Positions 1 to 9,377 of a stretch of DNA of 64,000 bases are shown here, one piece after another. The notes beneath the pieces were generated by a model. It was not told the origin of the DNA. It worked only from the letters and a program-made list of their open reading frames with translations, and ran no database searches. The number at the start of each line of letters is the position of its first letter. Position 1 is the stretch's first letter. This stretch comes from Pirellulales bacterium (GTDB lineage Bacteria > Planctomycetota > Planctomycetia > Pirellulales > JAICIG01), in NCBI GenBank assembly GCA_040901675.1, contig JBBDYJ010000010.1, positions 266,599-330,598 of the forward strand. Reading direction: 5' to 3'. A program made the translations under genes and the position numbers.

Positions 1-134
1 GGCAGCTTGAACGTGAGAAAGCCGGGCCGCGAATAGGCAAAGCGGAACTCAGGCCAGCGAGCGGCCAGCTCATCCTTGACCGCCCGCTCGGCCCCAACCT
101 GGCACGTGATGAGAATGAAGCGGTCATTGGTCAT
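1..134 (-). CDS. 5' end of a probable RlmM-like SAM-dependent rRNA methyltransferase (runs off the window)
   Basis: Manual minus-strand translation from ATG at 134: MTNDRFILITCQVGAERAVKDELAARWPEFRFAYSRPGFLTFKL, which resembles the N-terminus of RlmM-like proteins. Not in the ORF track. Confidence 0.55.
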   Translation of the reverse strand, partial: MTNDRFILITCQVGAERAVKDELAARWPEFRFAYSRPGFLTFKL

Positions 135-252
135 TGGTCATTGGTCATTTGTCATTGGTCATTGGTCATTTGTCATTGGTCATTGGTCATTGGTCATTGG
201 TCATTGGTCATTGGTCATTGGGCGGTGGTCGGTGGGCAGTGGGCAGTGGGGA
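122..252. repeat. Heptamer tandem repeat (GGTCATT)n drifting into GGGCAGT-like units
   Basis: About 14 GGTCATT units, two with a 1-nt insertion, followed by GGGCGGT/GGTCGGT/GGGCAGT variants. Confidence 0.95.
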
Positions 253-416
253 GCAGGAAGAACTGGACGGACGAGGCGCTCACGCCAAGGCGCAAAGACG
301 ACGCGACGGACGAGGAAGAAGATTGGCCACGAAAAGGCACGAAAACGCAGGAGAAAAGAAAAATGACGGACAAACGCACCTCTTACTTCTTGCTCACAAA
401 AACCAAGAACTAAGTT

Positions 417-3400
417 CTACTTTGGCACGACGCGCATGGTGTAGTAGGCCTCGCTGGGGAAAAACTTTTGGCCCTTGGGCGCCAGGTTCTTCAGCCGCAA
501 CTCATAGACAAATCCGGCTCTCAATTCGCCGAGCAGCAGCGTGGCGCTGCCGCCGTCCGGAGCCAACTCAACCGCCTCAATCACCTCGGTGCGGCGGTCC
601 ACGTCGGGGCCGCCATAGTCGGCGGTCGGCATTTTCCTGTACGAAGAGATGGCATAGCTGTCCGCGCGCTGGGCCGCCGGGCGCCGCACGGGCGCCGTGA
701 AAACCAGCTCGAAGCCGCGGGACCGGGCTCGCACTTCGGCGATCCCGGCCGGCAGCGGGCCGTGCGGCTTCAACCGCGCGATCGAACCGGTGTTTTGCCC
801 GGCGCCCCAGCCGCTGTCGCGGAGGTTGCCCACGTACAGATCACCGCCGGGCGCCACCTGGCAGACGACCGGCCCTTCGAACGTTTCCAGCTCGCCCGGT
901 TCGAGGCTGAACGGATACACGGCGCCTTGATACACGCCGTCCACAAGTTCCAGGCTCATCCGCACCAGCCGCCGCGTGTCGTACTCGCAGCCGATCAGAT
1001 GACCCTCGAACGGCCCGAACCGCGGAGAGTCCTGATCGGCCAGCGCCGGCGGCGTGTAGAGGAAGCAGATTCCGTTGACGCTGCGCGTCCAGGGGTGCGG
1101 CATGTCGATCGCCGGGTCGCGAAACAGCGGGTTGAAACCCGTCCGCGCCTCAACCTTGTTGATAAAGCCGTAACGGGCTCCGGGCACCAGGTGATTCAGC
1201 TCGTTGAAGGGGTTGTAGTTGCCCTGGTTGTCCGTGGCGAACAAGTCTCCTTCTCGGTTCAGCGCCAGGCCCATCGGGAACCGCAATCCAGCGCACAGCA
1301 CCTCCAGGCCGTATGAACGCGGGTCGTCCGGCGTCGGCTGTCGCGGCACGAGCTTGATGGCCGTGCCGCGCAGATAGGCCTCCTCCCGACTGCGCTCATC
1401 CTGCTGGCAGGGCAGGGCGATGTAGTAATTGCCCGCCAGGTCGCGCTCCAGGCCGACCGCCCAGTCGTGGTAGTCGGCCGTGTGGCCCCAGCCGCTGGCG
1501 ACCACTTCCATTCGGTCCGCCCGCCCGCCGGCGGCACGGTCCCACAAGCGCACGAGACCATGCTTGGTGATCACATCCACCGCCTTGCCATGAGCCGCCA
1601 CGCCGTAGGGTGCGGCCAGGCCATCGGCAAACAGCGTTTGCCGGTCCTCCAGGCCGTCGCCATTCGTATCGCGCGCCAGCCAGACGCCCCCCTTCAACGA
1701 CGAAAACACCAGCGTGCCGTCGTCGCGCCACGCCAGGCCGGTCGGCATCTCGTCGGCCGGCAGCGGCAGGCGGATCGCCTCGTAACCGGGCACGACGTCG
1801 AGCCTGGCCGGCGCCGGCGGCTCGAACTCGGGCGGCTGGAAAGGAAACTGGTCGATTGGCAGCGTGGTCAAGTATTCCAGCTCACAGCTTACGGCCTGCC
1901 GGCCTTCTCCGGCGGCCAGCGCGACGCACGGGCTGTGATCGGCGATGGCCACCTCCCCGGCGGGTTCGATCAGCCGGATTTGCGCCTGCCCGGGCCGGCC
2001 CGGCAGGCGGATCGAAGAGCCATCGTCCGCAACTTCGAAGTCATTCGCTACCGCCAACTGCAACCGCGCGCGAGTCCCCGGGGGCAATCCCTCGATTTCT
2101 ATCCGCCTCCGCAAACCGCCCGCAGCGGCCGGCTCGCCCGGCCGATGGCTGGCGGTGATGGCTTGCGTGACCGACAGGGTTGTGGAGTCCTCGCTGCCAG
2201 GCGTGGCGAAGTGCAGCCGATAGCCGAACCTGACGCCACGATCGACCTGCTCGTACCAATCGAGCTGGGCCAGGAACTGCTGCTGGCGGACGGGTTCGAC
2301 CGGCACGTCCCCATGGACCAGCAGCAACTCGCTGCCGCCATGCTGCTCGGCCGCCAAAAGATTCTTGCCGCCCGCCTCCCAATACCAGCTCTTGCCGCGC
2401 GTCCGCTGCCGGGCCGTGTCGCCGATCCACCAGCCGGCCAGGCGGTTGCTCGCCAGGTCGAAGAGCAGGTTATGGCGGTTCGGCAGTCCGATCGCCAGCG
2501 GCTTGACGAACACCTCGCCGTCCATCTCCAGCACGTCGCTGAGCACCGCGGCCGGCTCGCCGGCCTCCGGCACGTTGCGCGCGCGGACCACCCGGATCGG
2601 GTTAGGCAGCGGCGGATTGAAGCCGGGCTGGCTCAGCACCTGCCAGATGGCCGCAAGCTGGTCGTCGAGGCTGTCGCCGAGCACGCCGCGGACCGGTTGC
2701 TGAACCGCGGGCATTTCCATGCGTGGCACGATGCGGGCCGGGTTGCGCACCCAGCGATCGAACCAGGGCTGGCGGACCCGCCGCGCCAGCAACGACAGGT
2801 CGGTGCCCTGGGCGGCCAAAGCGACTCCGCTGGGAACCAGGTTGCCGATCTGGTGGCAGCTCGTGCAGCCGAAGCCATCGGATGTCACCAGGCGGGCGCC
2901 CGCCAGCGCCAGCGCCTCGGCACCGGTGCCGGCCTGCTCGGTCTCGGCCCGGCTGGGGATGCGATCGGCCTCGACGAAGTAATCGACCAGCGCCTTCATC
3001 TCGCCGGCCGCCAGATCGTAGCGCGGCATCCGCACCGACAGCCATGGACGCAACTCGCCATTGCGCAGGGCGATTGCGTCGGCCAGGGCGCCCTCGTCGA
3101 GCTTGTCGCCAACTCCGCTCAACGACGGCGGCGACATGGCCGGCAGGACCGGCGTCAATTCGGGGTGCGCTTCCACCACGGCCGCCAGGCGGCTGGTGAT
3201 GCCTTCGACCAGGCCACGCGGATGGCAGGCAAGACAATTGCGTTCGGCCAGCACGAGCCGACCGTCCAGTTGGGGCTCGCCCGGTTGCGCATCGATCGAC
3301 GCGATCGCGTCGAAATAGGTCCTTAGATCAGCTTGTTGCGGGGGCGGCAAGTTGTAGCCCGGGTGTCTGCCCGATGCTTCCGCGCCGCCCAGGCAGCCGG

Positions 3401-4715
3401 CGCCGCGCTCGGCCAGCAACTTCGAGGGGCTGCCGGCTGACTGGCCCGGCCGGGGCCGTTGCTCGTTGGGCAAGGCGTGGCAGGCGCCGCAGCCGTGCCG
3501 CTCGACAAGCTGGCGGCCCATCGTCTGCTCGCCGGCGGCCACGGTCCGGTTTGTTGCTGATCGGCTGACCGCCCGTCGATCGCCGGACGACTTGAGCGTG
3601 GCCAGATAGGCAGCCAGGTCGGCTCGCTCCAGGTCCGACAACTTGAACACCGGCATGCGGTGGGCCGGGTTGACGGAAGCCGGATCGGGCAGCCAGCGCT
3701 TGAAGAAGTCGCCGGGCCGCTTGTCGCCGACCGTCGACAGATCGCCGCCGCCGAACAGGCCATTTGATCCCAGGCCGGCCGACGTGTGACAGGCCAGGCA
3801 GCCGAGCGTGTGAAACAGCCGCCGTCCCGAGTCGCCGTCGCCCCGCGGCAGGCCGGGGGCGGCGCGCGGCTGCTCGGACGAGCCGAGCAGGTAATCGGCC
3901 ATCGCCTCGGCCTCGGCAGCGTTGACGGCAAACAACGGCATGATCCGCTGGGGCCGGTCGCCCGTCTCCGCCTCAGCGCTTGCAGCCGGCCGCGGTGCAT
4001 GGCCGTCGGCGCCCGCGCCTCGGATCCAGTCGACCAGCCAGGAGCGGCTGATGTTGCCCGCCAGGTGTGTCAGCGCCGGTCCTGCCGGAGGCGGCGGTTC
4101 GCCCGGCACATCATGGCATGCGGCGCACGCCAACCGCCTGGCCAGCAGCCGGCCTTGTTCGAATTGGCGGCCCGGGTCTTGCTGGGGGTCGTGAAACAGA
4201 TGCCGCTGGCCGACCGGCTCCAGTTGAAACCGGGGGCCGGACCAGTAGAGGCCGAATCGCGCCTCTGGGCCGGCCGCCCGAAAGGCGACTTCGAGCGGGT
4301 GGTGGCCATAGTCCAGTTCCACCGGCGGGCAATCGATCCAACGGGCGGGTTCCACGGGGCCGTCGAACAGTGTGCGGCCGGCCAAGCGGAGCGTCACTTT
4401 CCCCTCGGCATGGACGTGCAGTCGGTGTCGGCCCGGCTCGAGGGTGAACAGTTTGCCCCGCCAGACAACCGAGAAGTCGCCCGCGGGCAGCCGTGGATCG
4501 GGCGAGCGACCGCGCCAGTCGAAGTTCAGCGACTCGTCGCGCCGCACGGCCCGCCTGCCGTCGGCGGCCGTGTACGTGGCCACCAGTCCCGGACCGAGGT
4601 CGGGCAGCTCGAAGTCGTCGTCGTCCGCCTCCTGAGCCGCGGCGGTGCCGGCGGCCAGGGCCACGAAGAGGCCGAGCAGGCAGGGCGGCGAGGCGATGCG
4701 GCGCGCCGGCTTCAT
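417..4715 (-). CDS. Secreted multiheme c-type cytochrome with PA14-like N-terminal domain and C-terminal beta-propeller (sorbosone/glucose dehydrogenase-like)
   Basis: Signal peptide after ATG 4715, which overlaps the upstream stop (ATGA). PA14-like segment (LNFDW...FSVVWRGKL). Five CxxCH motifs: CAACH, CLACH, CGACH, CLACH, CTSCH. Propeller motif GLRFPMGL...TDNQG. Confidence 0.8.
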   Translation of the reverse strand: MKPARRIASPPCLLGLFVALAAGTAAAQEADDDDFELPDLGPGLVATYTAADGRRAVRRDESLNFDWRGRSPDPRLPAGDFSVVWRGKLFTLEPGRHRLHVHAEGKVTLRLAGRTLFDGPVEPARWIDCPPVELDYGHHPLEVAFRAAGPEARFGLYWSGPRFQLEPVGQRHLFHDPQQDPGRQFEQGRLLARRLACAACHDVPGEPPPPAGPALTHLAGNISRSWLVDWIRGAGADGHAPRPAASAEAETGDRPQRIMPLFAVNAAEAEAMADYLLGSSEQPRAAPGLPRGDGDSGRRLFHTLGCLACHTSAGLGSNGLFGGGDLSTVGDKRPGDFFKRWLPDPASVNPAHRMPVFKLSDLERADLAAYLATLKSSGDRRAVSRSATNRTVAAGEQTMGRQLVERHGCGACHALPNEQRPRPGQSAGSPSKLLAERGAGCLGGAEASGRHPGYNLPPPQQADLRTYFDAIASIDAQPGEPQLDGRLVLAERNCLACHPRGLVEGITSRLAAVVEAHPELTPVLPAMSPPSLSGVGDKLDEGALADAIALRNGELRPWLSVRMPRYDLAAGEMKALVDYFVEADRIPSRAETEQAGTGAEALALAGARLVTSDGFGCTSCHQIGNLVPSGVALAAQGTDLSLLARRVRQPWFDRWVRNPARIVPRMEMPAVQQPVRGVLGDSLDDQLAAIWQVLSQPGFNPPLPNPIRVVRARNVPEAGEPAAVLSDVLEMDGEVFVKPLAIGLPNRHNLLFDLASNRLAGWWIGDTARQRTRGKSWYWEAGGKNLLAAEQHGGSELLLVHGDVPVEPVRQQQFLAQLDWYEQVDRGVRFGYRLHFATPGSEDSTTLSVTQAITASHRPGEPAAAGGLRRRIEIEGLPPGTRARLQLAVANDFEVADDGSSIRLPGRPGQAQIRLIEPAGEVAIADHSPCVALAAGEGRQAVSCELEYLTTLPIDQFPFQPPEFEPPAPARLDVVPGYEAIRLPLPADEMPTGLAWRDDGTLVFSSLKGGVWLARDTNGDGLEDRQTLFADGLAAPYGVAAHGKAVDVITKHGLVRLWDRAAGGRADRMEVVASGWGHTADYHDWAVGLERDLAGNYYIALPCQQDERSREEAYLRGTAIKLVPRQPTPDDPRSYGLEVLCAGLRFPMGLALNREGDLFATDNQGNYNPFNELNHLVPGARYGFINKVEARTGFNPLFRDPAIDMPHPWTRSVNGICFLYTPPALADQDSPRFGPFEGHLIGCEYDTRRLVRMSLELVDGVYQGAVYPFSLEPGELETFEGPVVCQVAPGGDLYVGNLRDSGWGAGQNTGSIARLKPHGPLPAGIAEVRARSRGFELVFTAPVRRPAAQRADSYAISSYRKMPTADYGGPDVDRRTEVIEAVELAPDGGSATLLLGELRAGFVYELRLKNLAPKGQKFFPSEAYYTMRVVPK

Positions 4716-5572
4716 GGCTGCCGCGCCGGCAGGCTTTCGACGAGGTCGGCGCTTTCGATCGAGGGGCAAAAATACTTCTCGATGTGCTGGACGACCAGCT
4801 CGGTGCCTTCATCGTGGCCGACGTGCGGCCGATCGGCCGGATCGTACATGGTGTCGGTCAGGTCGCGGACCAGGACCGAGTTCATCCCCCAGCGCGTCAT
4901 CTGCCGGATGCCGAAGCTGCGGCCCAGCACGCACATGTTGGTGTGGACGCCCACGAAGATGATGTTTTCGACGCCTTCTCGCCGCAGGTAGCTATAGATC
5001 TGGTCGCCCCGGTCGCCAACCACGTCGGTGTCGGCGACCCGTATGGCCGGGTGCTGCCGCGTCCAGGCCTGGAAGAACGAATCGGGCGTGTCGCAGCCGC
5101 CGTCGGAGTCGTCGATGGGGAGCGGCGGGTCGGTAAGGTCGAGGTTCTTTTCGGCCTGGAGCAGCTCGACCGCCAGCAGCCGCTTGCGGGCCGGGCTGTC
5201 CTTGTAAAAACCCATCGTATCGCTGGGAGAGTGTATGATCCGCACGCCCGTCGAGCGGGCCTGGTCGATGATCGGCGCCATTTTTTCGGCCAGCGCTCCG
5301 CAGCGCTTGGCGGCGCCGGTACACCAGTGGTCGTCCCACATGTCGCAGATCAGGATGGCCGTGCGGTCGACGGGCAGCTCCTTTTGGATGGTCACTTCGT
5401 CCCACTGTCCGCTTCCCTTGAAGGTTTCGACCCGCGTCCGCAGGTTGAGCCGCAACACGCCGGCGCCGTCGTCCGCCTGCACCGGGCCGCCGCCGGCAAT
5501 CGCGCCCGCCAGCACCAGCCACACCGCCGGCCGGCGCCAGCAGCGCAGCGGCCGCGTGTCAGCCCCGTTCAT
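4712..5572 (-). CDS. Secreted isochorismatase-family cysteine hydrolase
   Basis: TAILICDMW and GVHTNMCV (catalytic Asp/Cys region), VLVRDLTD; signal peptide after ATG 5572. Confidence 0.8.
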   Translation of the reverse strand: MNGADTRPLRCWRRPAVWLVLAGAIAGGGPVQADDGAGVLRLNLRTRVETFKGSGQWDEVTIQKELPVDRTAILICDMWDDHWCTGAAKRCGALAEKMAPIIDQARSTGVRIIHSPSDTMGFYKDSPARKRLLAVELLQAEKNLDLTDPPLPIDDSDGGCDTPDSFFQAWTRQHPAIRVADTDVVGDRGDQIYSYLRREGVENIIFVGVHTNMCVLGRSFGIRQMTRWGMNSVLVRDLTDTMYDPADRPHVGHDEGTELVVQHIEKYFCPSIESADLVESLPARQP

Positions 5573-5927
5573 TGCTTGCTCTGCGCTTCGGCAATTCAAC
5601 ATCGAGCACCTTGGAATCAGAGTCTTCAACAGAGACTTTTCGCTGGCCGGAGGCCGTCCGTCCGGACCTCGCTTGATTCTCGCCTCACGGCCGGCGCAAT
5701 GCAAATGCAACTCGCGATGATTTGTGTGCGGCAAGCACAGATGTCACGCAGTGAGGCTGCGTATCCTGCGTGAAGCCGACCCTCGCGAGAGCGGGAATCC
5801 GACACGACTAGTTCTCGCCAGTTCCCGTGCCAGCATCGCGCACGCGGTTCCAGAGATGCTCGAGACGAACCGTGGCCCCGGTGCAACCCCGTGCCGAAGC
5901 AAGGCAACCATCTCGCCAAGACCAAAC

Positions 5928-6042
5928 TTTACCGCGAAGCGGTTTCACAACACAGCCCAGGGTCGCGAGTCGGCGAGCGCACCCTGGGAACGATTCGGAA
6001 TTTTATTCTACCTACCGAACCCCGAAGGGGTTCCACAAAGGG
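5928..6042. repeat. Left REP-like hairpin arm of the Y1 transposase locus
   Basis: Hairpins ACCGC-GAA-GCGGT, CCCAGGGT...ACCCTGGG and AACCCC-GAA-GGGGTT; inverted copy at 6529-6637. Confidence 0.85.
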
Positions 6043-6063
6043 TTCTGCGATTCCATCGGCCAT

Positions 6064-6519
6064 TCAGTCCCAGACGTACCGTTCATCGATCTCAATACCA
6101 TACTTCTTACACAACCTCCGAAACTCGTCCTGAAAACTCTGTCGACGATGGTGGTGCTCCTGATTGCCGATGTATTCCTTGAGCGCATCCACGTGCGCTG
6201 GACTGATCGAGAATGCCCCGTAGCCGGCCTGCCAATGGAACTCCGCCAAGTGGGGCTGCTCGGTCTTGATCCATTTCGATGAGTCGCGCTTCAACTCGCG
6301 GAGTAGCGTCGCGACCTCGATCGTTTTGCCAAAGCGACATAAGAGATGAGCATGGTCCTCGACACCGCCGACAATCAACGATGGGCAGTCGAGATTGTTG
6401 CAGATGCCGGCGAGGTAGGCGTGGGTGCGGCCACGAAACTCCTTGTCGGTCAAGAATGGTTTGCGGTCTTTCGTCGAGAAGACGATGTGCAAATAGATTT
6501 GGGTCAATGACTGCGACAT
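6064..6519 (-). mobile_element. tnpA: IS200-like / REP-associated HUH Y1 transposase (no tnpB)
   Basis: HIVFSTKDR, HUH motif DHAH, WQAGYGAFS and catalytic YIGNQEHHH; lower GC than the flanks. Confidence 0.9.
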
Positions 6520-6528
6520 GATCAACGT

Positions 6529-6782
6529 CCCTTTGTGAAACCCCTTCGGGGTTTACTTTATATCGCGGACATTGTACCCAGGGTGCGCTCGCGGACTCGC
6601 GACCCTGGGCTGTGGTGTGAAACGCCTTCGGCGTAAATCGCGGCTCGGGAACCTTTCCTTCTTGCTCGAACTCCAACGGCATTGTAACCAGGTGCGCTCG
6701 CGGACTCGCGACCCTGGGCTGTGGTGTGAAACGCCTTCGGCGTAAATCGCGGCTCGGGAACGTTTCCTTCTTGCTCGAACTC
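6529..6782. repeat. Right REP-like arm plus ~110-bp tandem duplication
   Basis: 6529-6637 is the inverted copy of the left arm. 6570-6673 is repeated nearly exactly at 6680-6782. Confidence 0.9.
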
Positions 6783-6967
6783 GAGTGGATACGGAGCGGG
6801 CTAGCCCAGCCGCCCTCTTGCACGGTCGCCCAGCCGCCGCTCTCGCGGTCGATGGCTGAGTTCTGTTAGGCGACTAAGTCGTTACGCAATAGCACGTTAT
6901 CAACGAACCACGAGCGTTGACTTATACTTGTGCAGCGCCGATTGACCCAGTTGAACGAGGGTGACCG

Positions 6968-7711
6968 ATGACGCAAACCGACTATGCCCCGGAAGTCGAG
7001 GCCCGCTCCAGGCTGGCCGGCCTGCTGCGCGCGTTTTTTGTCGATGTGATCTGGCTGACGCTGAAGCGGATTCCGCTGAACGTGCTGGCTTGGACGACCG
7101 GCTTCCTGCTGGCCGGATATGCGGTGGCGCATTTCAGCGTGCCCCTTGCGGGCCTCGACGAGAGGCTCTCGGCGGCGGCCTTTGCCGCCCTGCTGACTGG
7201 CTTCGCGGCGGGTGGTTTCCTGCTCGGTCTGCTACGGGCCTTGCACGCCGGCGCTGAGCGGGCGGTCGAGATCGTGGGCACGGAAGCCAGCCGCTTGATC
7301 GATCGGCTGCTCGACCCGCTGGCCGACTCGCTGGGCGGCCACGATCGGCAGTTGCCGCTGGCCGAAGTCCGCGAGTCGTGCCGGCGACTGGTCGAAGAGG
7401 CCGAGCTTGCCGAGCCCCGCCGCGGCCCGCTGGGCTGGCTGTCGCGCGCGGCTCGTGCGCTGATCCGCCAGGGCTTGCGGATCCGCTTTCGCAAGGTTTC
7501 GGCGGTGTTCGACTCGCTGCTGGCCGAGGGCACCACGCACATGTCGGCGACCGACGTGAAGGACCTGGTCCGCGACAAGCTGGTTTGGGCCCTTTTGTTT
7601 GGCGCCCAGCGGCAGACTCGAGTGGTCGAGTGGACCGGCTACGTCCTGGGCGCGCTGTTGGTCATCTTGCCGCTAGCGGCCCTTTGGCTCGGCAGCCGGT
7701 TTGCCGGCTGA
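6968..7711 (+). CDS. Hypothetical membrane protein
   Basis: 247-aa ORF with about 3 hydrophobic segments and GC-rich codon usage. Confidence 0.65.
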   Translation: MTQTDYAPEVEARSRLAGLLRAFFVDVIWLTLKRIPLNVLAWTTGFLLAGYAVAHFSVPLAGLDERLSAAAFAALLTGFAAGGFLLGLLRALHAGAERAVEIVGTEASRLIDRLLDPLADSLGGHDRQLPLAEVRESCRRLVEEAELAEPRRGPLGWLSRAARALIRQGLRIRFRKVSAVFDSLLAEGTTHMSATDVKDLVRDKLVWALLFGAQRQTRVVEWTGYVLGALLVILPLAALWLGSRFAG

Positions 7712-8764
7712 GGGCTTGTCGGCTGAGGGTTTTTTGCCGGCCGGCGTTTCGAGCAACTGCACGACGAAGACCGAGGTCATCCGTTCGAACGGCGTTACAC
7801 CCAGCACGACCGCGTGGCCGGGTGGCAAGGCCAACTCGGTACCCAGTCCACATAGGAATTGGTTTTTGACGTGGCCGACGCCGAGCACGCTAGGATCGCC
7901 AAGCTTAACTATGTTTTGAGCCTTGATCTCAATGGCGATGTTAAGGCTGCTCGCCTCGCTGTTCAGGACTTGTCCATTGATTTCCAGTTGGCAGTTTCCA
8001 AGATGATGGACCGGAGCTGTGCCCTGGGCTGAAAACCGCGATTGGGGCTTTCCGCTTATGTTTACGACGGTTTGCGCAGCCAGGCTAAGGTCGTTGATTC
8101 CATGTTTCCGCAATTCGCCGACGACCTCATTGAGATCATCCGGCAGCGAGTCGGCCAGTTCGTCTTGAAGAAGTCCGGCGACCAACCAAACGACCCGCAG
8201 CCGCGCGTCGCCCGAGGTTCGCGGTGACGCGTCGACGTCAACCGTCTTTAGCAGGCTCTCCATTACGGCTATCTCTTGGGCCGGCGCTCGGACTAGCAGG
8301 CGATTATTGCGCTCATCGACCGCCAATGCCGGGAAGCTGCGGCGCTCGCCACGTTGTCTTGCGGCTCCAGTGAGATACATGGTGTTCAGCAGTTCGAGAG
8401 CCTGACTAGCGCGAATGTGGCGCAAGCTGAAGACCGCGAGCTCCATTACCCCGTCCTCGCCGAGCGGTGGACTGGCAGATTCCAGTTTGTCGACAATTTG
8501 CCTGGCCGACACGATGACTTCGGCAGGTGCGGAGATCAGCAGAGAATTGCTCCGTTGGTCCGGGACGATCGGTACATGCCCCAGAAGCTGCAAAATGGCC
8601 TCTTGCGCCTGGTTAGCGGTAATGTGCTTCAAGGGGATTATTTCCAGCTTCAGATTCGGTTCCGCCTGCGGCTGCTCTTGTGCAAGACAGGACGCGCTTG
8701 CCCAAAGGACCGCGCACAAAAGCGGCACGAACGCTGATACACGGTGTGTCAGAAAATGGCGCAT
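7673..8764 (-). CDS. Secreted protein with two secretin N-terminal (NolW-like) repeats, no secretin barrel
   Basis: Signal peptide; repeats IIPLKHITA...PDQRSNSLLISAP and VFSLRHIRA...VDERNNRLLVRAP. Confidence 0.7.
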   Translation of the reverse strand: MRHFLTHRVSAFVPLLCAVLWASASCLAQEQPQAEPNLKLEIIPLKHITANQAQEAILQLLGHVPIVPDQRSNSLLISAPAEVIVSARQIVDKLESASPPLGEDGVMELAVFSLRHIRASQALELLNTMYLTGAARQRGERRSFPALAVDERNNRLLVRAPAQEIAVMESLLKTVDVDASPRTSGDARLRVVWLVAGLLQDELADSLPDDLNEVVGELRKHGINDLSLAAQTVVNISGKPQSRFSAQGTAPVHHLGNCQLEINGQVLNSEASSLNIAIEIKAQNIVKLGDPSVLGVGHVKNQFLCGLGTELALPPGHAVVLGVTPFERMTSVFVVQLLETPAGKKPSADKPSAGKPAAEPKGR

Positions 8765-8798
8765 TGGCGATAGCTCCCTATTAAGAAGGTGGATTCGT

Positions 8799-9359
8799 TC
8801 AATTCACAATTGAGTCGGCGCTGCCCCGACCACTTGCCAACTTGGCCACTCGGGCCTCGGGTGCTGGTGGGTTGCTCGGCGACCGCGACTCAGGAAAGCC
8901 CTGCGCATCATCAGTCCGGCTGGCCGGATAGACCCATAGAATCGTGATTCGAGGATTGCTGCTCTCGAGCGGCTCGCCGATGAAACCGGCCGCCAGCCGG
9001 ACCTTCGCCTTGGGTTCAGAGCCCGTGGTGTCGCGGCTGTGCGGCGGGCTAGCACCGTTGTTCTCGATCGAAGGCGAATCTGGTTCAATCCGGGGCTCGC
9101 CAATCGCCGCATCGGCAATTGTCGAATCGTTCTTCGGTTCATCCTGCCTGTCGGCCAGTTGCGCATCCGGCCAAAACACATACGAACCTGCGGCCAACAG
9201 CAGGGCCGCGGCAAGGGCGGCGCCGGCCGCGGCCCGCCGCGCGCGCCTGCGGCGAAGTCGGCTTTCGATCCGCCCGACCAGACCCGGCGGGCATGGCTCC
9301 AGCGCCTCGACGGCGCGGGTTAGGAGAGAATCGAGATGTTCGTCGTCAGGGGGATTCAT
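8799..9359 (-). CDS. Putative single-pass anti-sigma factor
   Basis: Directly downstream of an ECF gene; short N-domain, RRRRARR basic patch, then a TM helix. Confidence 0.65.
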   Translation of the reverse strand: MNPPDDEHLDSLLTRAVEALEPCPPGLVGRIESRLRRRRARRAAAGAALAAALLLAAGSYVFWPDAQLADRQDEPKNDSTIADAAIGEPRIEPDSPSIENNGASPPHSRDTTGSEPKAKVRLAAGFIGEPLESSNPRITILWVYPASRTDDAQGFPESRSPSNPPAPEARVAKLASGRGSADSIVN

Positions 9360-9377
9360 AGTTCACCAGATAGTCGT

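Noticed and set aside
76..700. Plus-strand ORFs with VIGHWSL repeats
   Set aside because: They are translations of the GGTCATT tract in three frames; no independent coding signal.
6570..6782. Possible CRISPR array
   Set aside because: Only two units, identical spacers, and no cas genes.
6107..6823. 238-aa minus-strand ORF as TnpB or a second transposase
   Set aside because: Built from repeat sequence and an alternate frame of tnpA; no RuvC or zinc-finger motifs.
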